Origin: Candidatus Kuenenbacteria bacterium
GTDB taxonomy: Bacteria; Patescibacteriota; Patescibacteriia; UBA11705; JABHMO01
Direction of reading: 5' to 3'
DNA: 64,000 nucleotides
Assembly: GCA_013202715.1 (NCBI GenBank)
Contig: JABMRF010000040.1
Coordinates: 4,376-68,375 of the forward strand
A program made the translations under genes and the position numbers. Shown here piece after piece: positions 26,681 to 36,868 of the stretch; position 1 is the stretch's first letter; each line of letters opens with the position of its first letter. Under the pieces are notes generated by a model. It made no database searches. It was given only the letters and a program-made list of their open reading frames with translations, and had not been told where the DNA came from.

Positions 26681-27976
26681 ATGACGCCGGAAGAAAGACC
26701 AAGGATTGAAGTAGCAGGAAAAGGACCAGGGAAATGGGAAATTCTCATTGAGGCTTCTCAACACCCTAACCAGGCCTTTCCTTTTCAAAGGAAGGGATTG
26801 GCCAACGCATTTGTTGAAGCCAAGATCCACGGCGCACATTGGATCTCTGACACGACACAGTTTACTGTTTGCCCAGAATTAGAGAGTGATGTTGTGATTC
26901 TTTGGGGACAATTTGTAGATCGAATCAAAATTCTTGACATTCTTGAGCTTGACCAAACCATGCTTGAAATCTATCCCAATTGGCATGGCGCATTTTGGGG
27001 CAGTTATGACTATAGACTACGCCGCGGGGTTTTGGAGCCAATATTCAAGCCAATTGAACTGAGCTCAACGATGAACCCAAGGCTTGCCAAGGCTCTACCT
27101 CTGCACTTTATTCAGGCACAAGAAGCGGTACCGTCTCGCCTGGCCAAGTACTGGGAGCCAACCGGTCCCACACTGGAACAAAAACTGGAAATTCTCAAAC
27201 GCTTTATCGAGGATCAAAATATTAGCCAAAGCACAAAACGTGTCTTAGCCTGGCTAATTGATAGATCAGACAAACTGCAAAAAGATGTTGTTCTGCATTT
27301 TGAAGATGACATGCTTGAACTTGGCAAAACAGTTACCCGGGAGACACATAGACTGAACAGCTCCTCACATGATTTTGACTTACATGGATTTCTCAAAGAA
27401 CTTGTGCTTGATTGCCACTTTGGTGATGGCGGATATAAAAACAGAATATCTGTTTTTCTTACGCCTGGATTCTGTTCACTTGGTGATTGCAAAAGCAAGC
27501 CGATCATTCTGCGCTCAGAAACTGATCTGGTCAAAAGAGAAATCACTACGACCAGCATGACCCATGAAGAAAAAATTCAGACGCTAAGACGCTTTATTAT
27601 TGAAATGGAAGATGTTAGTGATTTTTGCAAAAAGGCTTTGCTGTATTTGATTAAAAGATCAGATGGATTAAAAAATGATACTTGCCTTGTAATGACCGGT
27701 CAGAATGAAGATATCGGCAGACAGATCGCAGTAGCTGTAGAAGAGATGAACTCCTCAAGCGGCAGAATAAGAGTTGATCTATTTCTCAAAAAAATGGGTA
27801 TGAACAATTGGTTAGCTTGCCGGCAACAAGACTTTGGCACTGCAAATAGATATGCCTATTTCATCTTCTGCTCTCAAGGCCATTACTATCCTGAAGAAAA
27901 AAACTTGCATGACCAAATTGTGTATATAAGCAAAGAAGACCTTGAACCAATTTATGATATGGAATTAACAGTTTAA
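26681..27976 (+). CDS. Hypothetical protein with a tandemly duplicated domain
   Basis: SD AGGAGGTG before MTPEE; internal repeat TLEQKLEILKRFI...LIDRSDKLQKD...NSSS vs THEEKIQTLRRFI...LIKRSDGLKND...NSSS. Confidence 0.78.
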   Translation: MTPEERPRIEVAGKGPGKWEILIEASQHPNQAFPFQRKGLANAFVEAKIHGAHWISDTTQFTVCPELESDVVILWGQFVDRIKILDILELDQTMLEIYPNWHGAFWGSYDYRLRRGVLEPIFKPIELSSTMNPRLAKALPLHFIQAQEAVPSRLAKYWEPTGPTLEQKLEILKRFIEDQNISQSTKRVLAWLIDRSDKLQKDVVLHFEDDMLELGKTVTRETHRLNSSSHDFDLHGFLKELVLDCHFGDGGYKNRISVFLTPGFCSLGDCKSKPIILRSETDLVKREITTTSMTHEEKIQTLRRFIIEMEDVSDFCKKALLYLIKRSDGLKNDTCLVMTGQNEDIGRQIAVAVEEMNSSSGRIRVDLFLKKMGMNNWLACRQQDFGTANRYAYFIFCSQGHYYPEEKNLHDQIVYISKEDLEPIYDMELTV

Positions 27977-27980
27977 AACC

Positions 27981-28013
27981 AAAACCCCGCGCTCAACTGA
28001 GCCGGGTTTTTTT
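27981..28013 (+). terminator. Intrinsic terminator
   Basis: AAAACCC..GCTCA/TGAGC..GGGTTTT followed by T-tract. Confidence 0.65.
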
Positions 28014-28095
28014 ATTTTATTAATTTTCTACCTGACTTCAAGTCAGTTCAACTGCAAAGGGCGGTGAGCCCACTGGAAGTGGGGCAGAATTTTTT

Positions 28096-29925
28096 TTAAC
28101 GCTTCATAACCGCCAAAAACGCCTCAGGCGGAATATTTACTTTTCCTTTGCCCAGAGCCATCATCTTCTTCTTACCCTTCTTCTGCTTGGTTAAGAGCTT
28201 CTGACGACGAGAGTAGTCACCACCATAGAGCTTCGCTGTTACATCCTTTCGAAGAGCGCTGATTCGCTCACCCGCAATAATCTTACCGCCGAGAGCGGCC
28301 TGGAGTTTGATTACAAACTGCTGACGAGGAATAGTTTCCTTCAGACTTTTTACTATTTGTTTACCTATTTTAAATGATGAATCTTTGTACACAATGGTAC
28401 CAAAGGCTTCAACTATTTCTTCGCCAACCAAAACATCCATTTTGACAAGTTCAGCAGTTTTGTATTTATCAAAGTCATAGTTCATTGAGCCATATCCTGA
28501 AGTTACAGTTTTTAATTTATCGTAAAAATCCACGATGAGCATTGCCAATGGAATTCGATAGTGAAGGATCACGCGAGTTTCGTCAATAAATTCAGTTGTT
28601 AAATATTCACCACGAGAATCCTGAACTAGAGTCATCACATTGCCCATAAAATCCTTTGGGCAAACAATATCAACAGTCATCAATGGCTCTTCCATATGAG
28701 CAATAACGGTCGGATCTGGAAATTCATTCGGGTTTTTGATTAAATATTCTGTATCTGAAACAATTTGTTCAACTTTTATATTTGGTGGAAAACTTTTCGG
28801 ACTTCTCAAAACAACTTTGTAAGCAACGCTCGGTACAGTTACAACTAGATCTAAGCCAAACTCACGTCTGAGCCTTTCCTGAAAAATTTCCAGATGAAGC
28901 ATTCCCAGAAATCCGCAACGAAAACCAAGCCCGAGAACTGGAGAGCTTTCTGGTTCAAATGCTAGAGCTGCGTCATTCAACTTTAATTTACTAATGCCTT
29001 CACGTAGCTCGGTATATTCATTTCCTTCCTGACAAAAAATACCGGCATACACCATTGGCTTTACTTCCTTGTAATCTGCCAGAACCTCAAAATTACCTCT
29101 GTCTTCAATGCGTGAAATAGTATCACCGACTCGACATTTTTCAATTTCTTTTAGTCCTGTCACGATATAGCCAATTTCTCCGGTGCCGACTGTATCGCGC
29201 GAAACTAGATTTGGCTTCAATACTCCGCAATCCAATACTTCACCAAGAGCGCCGGATCCGGCCATAAAAATCTTATCTCCCTTTTTCACAACTCCGTCAA
29301 CAACGCGGACATACGCAACCACTCCCTTGTATTCATCAAAAAATGAATCAAAGGTCAATGCCCGAAGCGCGCTGTCTTCCACTCCCGTTGGAGCAGGAAC
29401 ACATTCGATAACTTTATCAAGGATAGGTTCAATGCCCATGCCTGTTTTCGCACTACAAGTCAGGATATCTTCCTTTTTGCAACCAATCAAATTGATAATT
29501 TCCTGGGACACTTTTTCAACGTTCGCAGCCGGAAGATCAATTTTATTTATCACAGGAATTATTTCCAAATCCTGTTCAATTGCCAGGTATAAGTTTGCCA
29601 AAGTCTGGGCCTGCACTCCCTGTGCTGCGTCAACGAGCAGGATTGCGCCTTCAACTGCGGCCAAAGACCTCGAAACTTCATAATTAAAGTCAACATGACC
29701 GGGCGTATCAATTAGATTCAAAACATGATCATTGTATTCCATCTGCGCAGGCTGAAGTTTGATCGTAATCCCCCGCTCGCGTTCCAAATCCATGGTATCG
29801 AGAAGCTGTTCTTTCATGTCTCTTTTTTCAACAGTTCCAGTAAATTCCAAAAACCGATCAGCCAGGGTACTTTTCCCGTGATCTATATGTGCGATAATGC
29901 AAAAATTTCTGATTTTGTTCATCAT
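28096..29925 (-). CDS. lepA: Elongation factor 4 (LepA)
   Basis: IRNFCIIAHIDHGKSTLADR, ERGITIK, DTPGHVDF, GFRCGFLGMLH, RKDVTAKLYGGD. Confidence 0.97.
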   Translation of the reverse strand: MMNKIRNFCIIAHIDHGKSTLADRFLEFTGTVEKRDMKEQLLDTMDLERERGITIKLQPAQMEYNDHVLNLIDTPGHVDFNYEVSRSLAAVEGAILLVDAAQGVQAQTLANLYLAIEQDLEIIPVINKIDLPAANVEKVSQEIINLIGCKKEDILTCSAKTGMGIEPILDKVIECVPAPTGVEDSALRALTFDSFFDEYKGVVAYVRVVDGVVKKGDKIFMAGSGALGEVLDCGVLKPNLVSRDTVGTGEIGYIVTGLKEIEKCRVGDTISRIEDRGNFEVLADYKEVKPMVYAGIFCQEGNEYTELREGISKLKLNDAALAFEPESSPVLGLGFRCGFLGMLHLEIFQERLRREFGLDLVVTVPSVAYKVVLRSPKSFPPNIKVEQIVSDTEYLIKNPNEFPDPTVIAHMEEPLMTVDIVCPKDFMGNVMTLVQDSRGEYLTTEFIDETRVILHYRIPLAMLIVDFYDKLKTVTSGYGSMNYDFDKYKTAELVKMDVLVGEEIVEAFGTIVYKDSSFKIGKQIVKSLKETIPRQQFVIKLQAALGGKIIAGERISALRKDVTAKLYGGDYSRRQKLLTKQKKGKKKMMALGKGKVNIPPEAFLAVMKR

Positions 29926-30003
29926 AGTAATGGTATAATAGACCATTTTCAATAAAAAATCAAGGACAAAAAAAGACGCTCGCTGAGCGTCTATTGTTTT
30001 TCA

Positions 30004-30795
30004 CTATTCTTCACTCCCATCTTCAACGGGCTCTTTCAGCTCATCTGGTAAGCATTCTGCGATTGCGCAGGGGGTGCCCCTTTCCTCAGCTCCTGCTTCC
30101 ATTTCATCAAGGCCCTGGCGAACTCGATCAACATGCTCCAGGGCCTGTTCAGCTACCTCTGGCGGAGCCTCTACTCCGTCCAAATGAGGAGGTGGGCCTT
30201 CATGCGGAATCTCATTCTGAAGTGCCCCCACACTATGAAGTAAACCACCTACTGAAACACAACCACCAGCCTCTTTTGCTGCTAATTCCAGCATACGCTC
30301 AGCAGTCATCATGGGTTCTACTTGAGAACCTTGATAACTTTGTACTAAAGCTAAATCTCTCTTCGTACGTAAGGCAAGATTTTCGTGATATTCGAGGCCC
30401 AACTGAGATTTTTCCTCTGGACCAACAAAACATATTTCTGCATAAACATACGTTTTTGAATGAACCGATCTCGGTTCAGTAGAATCAACCAGTGTCAGAA
30501 CGAAATCAGTGGCTGTGGCCCGCAAGTAGTTAAACATTGTGCTGTCAAACTCACACAACAACACATCGGACAAAGCAGCTTGTGCCGCAAAGCACTCTTC
30601 CATGCTCCCATACTGCTCGCTATACCAACGCATTGGCATGCACTTTGCAAGTGGCACACCAGCTGCGTTAATAATTACAACATACCGATTTGAGAGGATA
30701 ACACCCTTAAGGTTTTGAAAAAAATCGCTTTGCTTGAGAAACAGTCTTTGATCTGTTTCTCTAGCCGACGCTGTCCTAATTTTTTGTTCTGTCAT
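30004..30795 (-). CDS. Hypothetical protein with acidic C-terminus
   Basis: SD AGGAGG before MTEQK; hairpin downstream. Confidence 0.65.
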   Translation of the reverse strand: MTEQKIRTASARETDQRLFLKQSDFFQNLKGVILSNRYVVIINAAGVPLAKCMPMRWYSEQYGSMEECFAAQAALSDVLLCEFDSTMFNYLRATATDFVLTLVDSTEPRSVHSKTYVYAEICFVGPEEKSQLGLEYHENLALRTKRDLALVQSYQGSQVEPMMTAERMLELAAKEAGGCVSVGGLLHSVGALQNEIPHEGPPPHLDGVEAPPEVAEQALEHVDRVRQGLDEMEAGAEERGTPCAIAECLPDELKEPVEDGSEE

Positions 30796-30954
30796 CACTT
30801 CCTCCTTGGCAGATGAACACAAAATTTGTTCAAATGAGAATAAACAAACGAAACTGAACACGTACATTGTTCAATGAATACCATATTTCAACTTATCATA
30901 TAAAATTGAATATATCAACAATATAGAAGATATTAACTAAATGCACACTAAGCA

Positions 30955-30983
30955 TTGACAGGCTTATTACACCATGCTATATT
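30955..30983 (+). promoter_or_regulatory. sigma70 promoter
   Basis: TTGACA-17 nt-TATATT with extended TG. Confidence 0.65.
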
Positions 30984-31093
30984 GAACAGTTATCCGCTAA
31001 TTTAACAATCCTTTTTCTCTCTATTGAATAACAAAAACAAAGCCCTTCTTCGCTCTGTACTTACTCAGAGCTTCGAAGGACAAGGAGGAAAGC

Positions 31094-31492
31094 ATGCTGA
31101 AGTACTGTCTTGGTGGAATTGGATTTTTGTTCTTTGTTCTCATCGTTTCAGCAAAAGCCCAGGTTTTTCTGGAACAACTGATTGACCTGCCCAACGTTCT
31201 CGAATTCGGAATTTGTGCAATCCCTCTCGTCGCAATTCTCGTTTCCATGATCCATGATGTGGTCAATAGAACCAAGGGCTTTAAGAACGCTTCCCTGTCA
31301 ACTCTTGCGGGAATCGGTGTACTGTTCTTTTTCATGATGGTTGCAAATAACGGAGCAAACTTCATGGATATTCTGGCCAAGCTCTCACCTTTTGAACAAG
31401 GGACAATCGTTGCTATTCCGATTCTTGCCCTTGTCGCATCCACTGTCGTGGATATTGCATTGCCAAGAAAAACAAAAAAGGCCTCAAGCTAG
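31094..31492 (+). CDS. Hypothetical four-TM membrane protein (internal two-fold repeat)
   Basis: SD AAGGAGG; GIGFLFF...AIPLVA vs GIGVLFF...AIPILA; terminator 31501-31531. Confidence 0.72.
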   Translation: MLKYCLGGIGFLFFVLIVSAKAQVFLEQLIDLPNVLEFGICAIPLVAILVSMIHDVVNRTKGFKNASLSTLAGIGVLFFFMMVANNGANFMDILAKLSPFEQGTIVAIPILALVASTVVDIALPRKTKKASS

Positions 31493-31551
31493 TCTCAACA
31501 AAAACCCCAGCCCTCTTCGGCCGGGGTTTTTCAATTAAAAAATCATGATAA

Positions 31552-33183
31552 CTATAATGAATCACGAATCCCCTCTTTTTCAATTTTGACTTTCTTGAAC
31601 ATCTTTCGCTTCAAGCTGGCCATAAAGCTAAGTAACTCTTCAGTCTTCAATAAATAGCCAACCAAGACGAAAACAGCGATTCCGACAATTCCTGCGACAA
31701 ATCCTTGCGTCAAAACCCCCCAGAACCTCTGCATGTCAACTGATAACCCAATCCAAGTCTTGATATATTGCGCCGCGACTCCCATTAACAAAGACGCAAA
31801 AGAAATTTTTGCCAGAGCGATTAGAATTCCATTGTGTCCGATATCTTTTACTTTTATTTTTAACCAAACAACAAGTAGTATAAAGTTTATAATTGAGCTA
31901 ATTGAAAATCCGAGAGCGAGTCCGAGTACACCAATTTTTTGCACAAGAAACCAAGTTAAAAATATATTAACAACCAGACTCACAAACGCCGCGTAAAAAG
32001 GCAACTTTGTATTGTGCCGAGCATAAAAAGTGCGCGCCAATAGTGGCAATAACGCTTGGGCGAATAAACTCATTGCAAACAAGCCAAGTGAATTCGCAGT
32101 TAACTCCGTAGCATTCCAGTCAAACTGTCCCGCACCGAGAATTACACGTACAATCTGCGCTCGCAGAATAATTAGTAAAATTGAAAACGGAATAACAAAA
32201 AATAAAATTTGCTTGAATGTGCGATGAAAGGTTTTCCTGAACTGCACCTCGTCTTTATTTGCAAAAGCCTTGGATAGCACAGGAAAAGCGGCCAGCGCAA
32301 AAGAAACACCAAAGAGTCCAATTGCAAAACTTTGTAAATTATTAGCCAAATTAAATACCGTCAAACTTCCAGCGGCCAAAGTCGAAGCAAAGATCGTAAT
32401 TACAATTAAGTTTAACTGAGTACTGGCTAAACCAAGAATTCTCGGCCCCATCATTTTTACAATTTTGACAAAGTTCGAATCCTTAAAATTCAAAAGTAGG
32501 CGATAACCAAAGCCCAGCCGAAAAACTGTTGGAATCTGAATCAGCAAATGCAGACCAGCGCCAAGTATGACACCAAATGCCAGTCCGTAAATATTATATC
32601 TTTCAGTTAGAAACAAAGCGCCAAAAATTATTCCCAGATTATACATTACCGGAGCCAAAGCAAAAACAAAAAATCTTTTGTACGATTGCAAGACTCCGCC
32701 AAAAACTCCACTAAGACCAAGAAGTATCGGACTAAAAAACATTAATCGAGTCAAATTTATTGTCAGCTGAAGTTTATCACCACTAAATCCGGGCGTAATT
32801 AACGGTACAAGCCAAGGACTCAAAACTGCCAATATCAAACAGGCACCAAACAAAAACAGGGCAATAATATTCAAGATATTGTTAACCAAATTCCAAGCCT
32901 GCTCATTTGCTTTGTAAAGTGGGCTTTCTTCATTTTTTATTAATCCAATGAAGACAGGAATAAAGCCTGCGGATAAAGCGCCGAGGACAATCAGATTATA
33001 AACTAAATCAGGAACACGAAAGGCAGCATAATAAATATCAAGCTCGTTTCCAGCTCCAAACTGACCGGCCAAAATTCGGTCACGTACGATTCCCAAAACT
33101 CGAGAAAGCAAACCCGCCGCGGCGATGACCACTGCGGCTGAAGTTATTGAATTGAATTTGGTAGCAAGAAGTTTTTTGAACAT
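31552..33183 (-). CDS. murJ: Lipid II flippase MurJ
   Basis: SRVLGIVRD, YAAFRVPD, GALSAGFIP, RTFYA; start MFKK. Confidence 0.93.
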   Translation of the reverse strand: MFKKLLATKFNSITSAAVVIAAAGLLSRVLGIVRDRILAGQFGAGNELDIYYAAFRVPDLVYNLIVLGALSAGFIPVFIGLIKNEESPLYKANEQAWNLVNNILNIIALFLFGACLILAVLSPWLVPLITPGFSGDKLQLTINLTRLMFFSPILLGLSGVFGGVLQSYKRFFVFALAPVMYNLGIIFGALFLTERYNIYGLAFGVILGAGLHLLIQIPTVFRLGFGYRLLLNFKDSNFVKIVKMMGPRILGLASTQLNLIVITIFASTLAAGSLTVFNLANNLQSFAIGLFGVSFALAAFPVLSKAFANKDEVQFRKTFHRTFKQILFFVIPFSILLIILRAQIVRVILGAGQFDWNATELTANSLGLFAMSLFAQALLPLLARTFYARHNTKLPFYAAFVSLVVNIFLTWFLVQKIGVLGLALGFSISSIINFILLVVWLKIKVKDIGHNGILIALAKISFASLLMGVAAQYIKTWIGLSVDMQRFWGVLTQGFVAGIVGIAVFVLVGYLLKTEELLSFMASLKRKMFKKVKIEKEGIRDSL

Positions 33184-33191
33184 GAAGTAAG

Positions 33192-33271
33192 TTCCCCCCA
33201 GTGGGGGTGTAAGGATACGCGCAGGCGCGTTGAAATTAAGGGTGATTGCGCCCCCACTCAAGTGGGGGGAA
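33192..33271. repeat. MITE-like element with TTCCCCCCA/TGGGGGGAA ends
   Basis: 9-bp terminal inverted repeats; internal hairpins ACGCGC/GCGCGT and CCCCCACT/AGTGGGGG. Confidence 0.55.
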
Positions 33272-33285
33272 TGGAAGGATTGGGC

Positions 33286-35367
33286 TCAAACTAGGATTCG
33301 CACATCCACTACACTTAATCCCTTTTCATCTACAAACGCGGGATTAATATCCATTTCCTGAATTTCTGGGAAATCTACAGCTAACTGGGAAAGTTTTAAA
33401 ATTGTATTTACAATTGAATCTGTATTCGAAGCTTTTTCTCCGCGAACTCCGGTCAACAGCTTATATGATTTTATTTCTTTTACCATCATCTCAGCCTGCT
33501 GCTTACTGAGGGGAGCTAAACGGAATGCCACATCCTTCAAAACTTCGACGTAAACGCCTCCCAAACCGAACATGAAAAGCGGACCGAACTGCGGATCTCT
33601 TTTCAGACCGAGAATTATTTCTTTTCCGCCCTTGGCCATTGGTTGAAGCAAGACTCCGTCAATCTTGGCGTTTTTCTTATATTTTTTACAGTTCTTAAGT
33701 ATTTCATTGAAAGCTACCATCACCTGCTTTTTGTCCTGAAGTTTGATCTTTACTCCGCCCGCATCTGACTTGTGAATGATATCTTTTGAAATCACTTTCA
33801 TGGCAATCGGATAGCCGAGCTTGCCTGCAAGCTGACCCGCCTGAGCTGATGACTTTGCCAGGCCTGAACTGACAACAGGAATATTGTAAGCTTTCAAGAT
33901 ATTTTCACAGTCCAGAAAATCAACCGATTCGCCAGCGGAATTCTTGCTTAACAATTTTTTGATCTGCTCTTTTTTTGCTCCGCTGACTTTAATTTTTGGA
34001 AAACTATCTTTTGCTGTCTTGTTTTTGTGATATAAATAAAATTTTTCTAATGACTTGACCGCGATTTCCGGATACAAGTAGTGCGGAATGTTATTTTGTT
34101 CTAAAATTTCAATCCCGGATTTAACTTTTTTCCCGCCAATAAAACTGGCCACTACAGGTTTTTTCATTTTCTTGGCATAATTAACGACCATCTGTGCAGT
34201 CTTATCAATTTCAGTTACAGTTTGCGGAGTTAAAATTGTGATGAGAGCGCCGACATTTTTGTCTTTCAATACTGCATTCATGGCTACTTCATATCTGTCA
34301 GCGCGCGCATCGCCAATCACGTCCACCGGATTGTGAATATTGGCAGTAGCTGGAAGATTTTTTTTCAAAATTAAAGAAGTACCGCTTTGGAATTTTGCCA
34401 GCTCTAACGCTGACTGGGCAATCGCGTCCGTTGTAAGAACTCCAGGTCCGCCGGCATTGGCCACAACCGCAACCTGATTATTTTTCATTTCATAATCACT
34501 TGAAAAAAGTTTTATTAGATTAAACAGCTCAGCCAACCCCTCGGCTCGCAGAGTGTTTGTCTGCGTAAAAGCTGCTTCAACCGCTTCATTTGCGCCGGCA
34601 AGAGATCCGGTGTGAGAGGCAATTGCCGCCTGGCCAGCTTCAGTTTGACCAGATTTAATTATGATCAGCGGTTTTTTGGCTGATAACTTTTTGGCCAACT
34701 TCAAAAACTTTTGACCGTCGGCAAATCCTTCCAAATAAGCGAGAACTACTTTTGTCTTTTTATCGTTAATAAAAAACTGAATCAGATCATTTTCATTAAT
34801 ACCACTTTTGTTTCCAAGACTGATAAACCGAGAAAAGCCAAAATTCTTTAGGTTTGCCCAATCGAGCATTGCGGTACAAATTGCGCCTGACTGGGACATG
34901 AAAGCCACAGTGCCCGGCATAATCATCCCTTCTGCAAATGAAGCATTCAAACTGATCGTTGAATCCAAAAGCCCAAGGCAGTTCGGACCCAAGACATTAA
35001 TCTTGTATTTTTCAGCAACTGCAATTAATTCATCTTCCATCTGTTTTCCTTGTTTACCAACTTCTTTGAATCCTGCGGTAATAATAATTGCATTTTGGAT
35101 CCCCTTTTCCCCGCACTCAACCAAAACCGGTTTTACAAAAGGCGCGGGAATAACAAAAACAGCCAAATCAACTTTGCCTGGGATGTTTTTCACAGATGGA
35201 TAGGCTTTCAAGCCCTGAATCTTTTTACTTTTTAGATTAACTGGATAAATTTTCCCTTTAAATTTGAAATCAATAATGTTTTTCAAAATCGTGTATCCCA
35301 ATTTTTCTTTTTCGGGCGACGCACCAATAACTGCAATTGACTTGGGACTAAAAAAAGAATCTAACAT
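33286..35367 (-). CDS. ADP-forming acetate/acyl-CoA ligase, fused alpha/beta
   Basis: PKSIAVIGAS, GPNCLG, SQSGA, SHTGSLAG, NPVDVIGDA, HKSDAGGV, DPQFGP, EMDINP. Confidence 0.92.
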   Translation of the reverse strand: MLDSFFSPKSIAVIGASPEKEKLGYTILKNIIDFKFKGKIYPVNLKSKKIQGLKAYPSVKNIPGKVDLAVFVIPAPFVKPVLVECGEKGIQNAIIITAGFKEVGKQGKQMEDELIAVAEKYKINVLGPNCLGLLDSTISLNASFAEGMIMPGTVAFMSQSGAICTAMLDWANLKNFGFSRFISLGNKSGINENDLIQFFINDKKTKVVLAYLEGFADGQKFLKLAKKLSAKKPLIIIKSGQTEAGQAAIASHTGSLAGANEAVEAAFTQTNTLRAEGLAELFNLIKLFSSDYEMKNNQVAVVANAGGPGVLTTDAIAQSALELAKFQSGTSLILKKNLPATANIHNPVDVIGDARADRYEVAMNAVLKDKNVGALITILTPQTVTEIDKTAQMVVNYAKKMKKPVVASFIGGKKVKSGIEILEQNNIPHYLYPEIAVKSLEKFYLYHKNKTAKDSFPKIKVSGAKKEQIKKLLSKNSAGESVDFLDCENILKAYNIPVVSSGLAKSSAQAGQLAGKLGYPIAMKVISKDIIHKSDAGGVKIKLQDKKQVMVAFNEILKNCKKYKKNAKIDGVLLQPMAKGGKEIILGLKRDPQFGPLFMFGLGGVYVEVLKDVAFRLAPLSKQQAEMMVKEIKSYKLLTGVRGEKASNTDSIVNTILKLSQLAVDFPEIQEMDINPAFVDEKGLSVVDVRILV

Positions 35368-35371
35368 ACTG

Positions 35372-35402
35372 GTGAGTAGAGATTAGTTATTAGAGATTAG
35401 TA
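35372..35402. repeat. Short 7-bp repeat filling the pduL-ligase junction
   Basis: GAGTAGA GATTAGT TATTAGA GATTAGT. Confidence 0.5.
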
Positions 35403-35404
35403 TT

Positions 35405-35968
35405 TTAAACAATGACTTCGCCTTCACCTCCACTTGAAATTCCGGAAGCGTTCGCCTCATCGGTATCAATAACAATAGCAAAATCATAATCCTCTTTTAC
35501 CCTTACTTCAACTTCATCAAAAATTAAAGCTCTTGGTCCTTCAATTTTAACTTTAATCTTCTGAGCATTATTTAGATTCAATTCTGAAGCTCGATCCGGA
35601 TCAACTTTTAGGTGACGCATTGGAACAATAAGCCCTTCTTCAAGTTCTAACTCGCCTTTTGGTCCGACAACCTTGACCGGGCCGGAGCGAATAACTTTTC
35701 CGGACAATCTAAGCGGTGCATTCAAGCCAAGTCGATAGGCATCACTTTTTGAAACTTCGATTTGGGTGTGAATCTTGCACGGCCCGACAACTCTGACATT
35801 TTCCAGGGTTGTCTTTGATCCGACCAATTTAACAACATCCGAGCTGGTATATTCACCTGACGATAAATCTTTTTGTTTTTTCAGATCATAACCCTCCCCA
35901 AACAAGACCTCCAAATCATGTTGAGTAAAATGCGCATGTCGAGCTGATACTTCAATTTTTACATTCAT
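35405..35968 (-). CDS. pduL: PduL-family phosphate acyltransferase
   Basis: VSARHAH, VRVVGP..TQIEVS..D...LG..APLRLSG, GLIVPMRH, DTDEANA. Confidence 0.85.
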   Translation of the reverse strand: MNVKIEVSARHAHFTQHDLEVLFGEGYDLKKQKDLSSGEYTSSDVVKLVGSKTTLENVRVVGPCKIHTQIEVSKSDAYRLGLNAPLRLSGKVIRSGPVKVVGPKGELELEEGLIVPMRHLKVDPDRASELNLNNAQKIKVKIEGPRALIFDEVEVRVKEDYDFAIVIDTDEANASGISSGGEGEVIV

Positions 35969-35977
35969 ATACTTATA

Positions 35978-36068
35978 AATTAGAAATTAGAAACTTGAAA
36001 CTAGGGTTAAGACTGGATTTTACATCCATTATTCCTACCCTAATTTCCAATTTCCAGTTTCCAGTTTC
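35978..36068. repeat. Inverted 7-bp tandem repeat element upstream of pduL
   Basis: AATTAGA AATTAGA AACTTGA AACTAGG ... CCTAATT TCCAATT TCCAGTT TCCAGTT. Confidence 0.8.
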
Positions 36069-36144
36069 TTCTTTCATTTACATTTTATCATATTTTACAG
36101 AAAAATGAAAACCCAACTGTTAAAACTGGTTGATAACTATAATA

Positions 36145-36173
36145 TTGACAAAACAAAGGCAACTTGATATATT
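36145..36173 (+). promoter_or_regulatory. sigma70 promoter
   Basis: TTGACA-17 nt-TATATT with extended TG. Confidence 0.6.
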
Positions 36174-36214
36174 AGAATGAAACATTGTTCATTTAACTAA
36201 ATTTGGAGATAAAA

Positions 36215-36868
36215 ATGCTTAAAAACAAGGTACCGCCAAGAAAAGAGTTTTTTGCAGAAGTAAGAAGGCAAATTTCCGATGAAAGATGTATTACCGCAAT
36301 TGAAGTGGCTTATAATATAGCCAAAGAAGCGCATCGCCAACAAAGAAGAGAAGATGGTGAACGCTATTTTGATCATGTGAAAGCAGTTGCTTGGATTTTA
36401 CTCACAGAAACCAACATTACTGATCAGCTACGTTTAACTATCATGCTCTGCGCAGCTCTTCTTCACGATATCATTGAAGACACTTTTGTCGCTAAAAGAA
36501 AACACCTCAAGTTTATGTTTGATCAGCTTTCACCTGATATCACTTCCGTTGCGTGGGAAGTTACAAAGGTAAGAACAAGTGACAAAAATAAAAAGTTTAA
36601 AAAGCTCCTGGCCAGTAATCGTGCCGCGACAAAACTGGTCAAGCTTGGAGACAGGTTACACAACCAAAGAACATTACTCGCCTGCTCACGGAAAAAAATA
36701 CGGAGAAAGAATCGTGAAACCAGAGAAATAATTATCTCTTGGGCGCAAAGTAATTTGCACTTGGTTGATGAAACCAGTCGACAGGAAATTCTTTCCTTGG
36801 CTGAAAAAGTTGAGTTACAGACTACCGAAAATGAACAGTGGCTACTAATGCCCCGCAAAAAAAAATAA
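36215..36868 (+). CDS. Stand-alone RelA/SpoT-type HD hydrolase (small alarmone hydrolase-like)
   Basis: AHRQQRREDGERYFDH, AALLHDIIEDT, VKLGDRLHN; SD GGAG; terminator 36867-36897. Confidence 0.85.
   Translation: MLKNKVPPRKEFFAEVRRQISDERCITAIEVAYNIAKEAHRQQRREDGERYFDHVKAVAWILLTETNITDQLRLTIMLCAALLHDIIEDTFVAKRKHLKFMFDQLSPDITSVAWEVTKVRTSDKNKKFKKLLASNRAATKLVKLGDRLHNQRTLLACSRKKIRRKNRETREIIISWAQSNLHLVDETSRQEILSLAEKVELQTTENEQWLLMPRKKK

Noticed and set aside
28026-28092. Possible tRNA cloverleaf
   Set aside because: No TTCRA T-loop, D-loop GG or correct arm lengths; kept only as a structured repeat.
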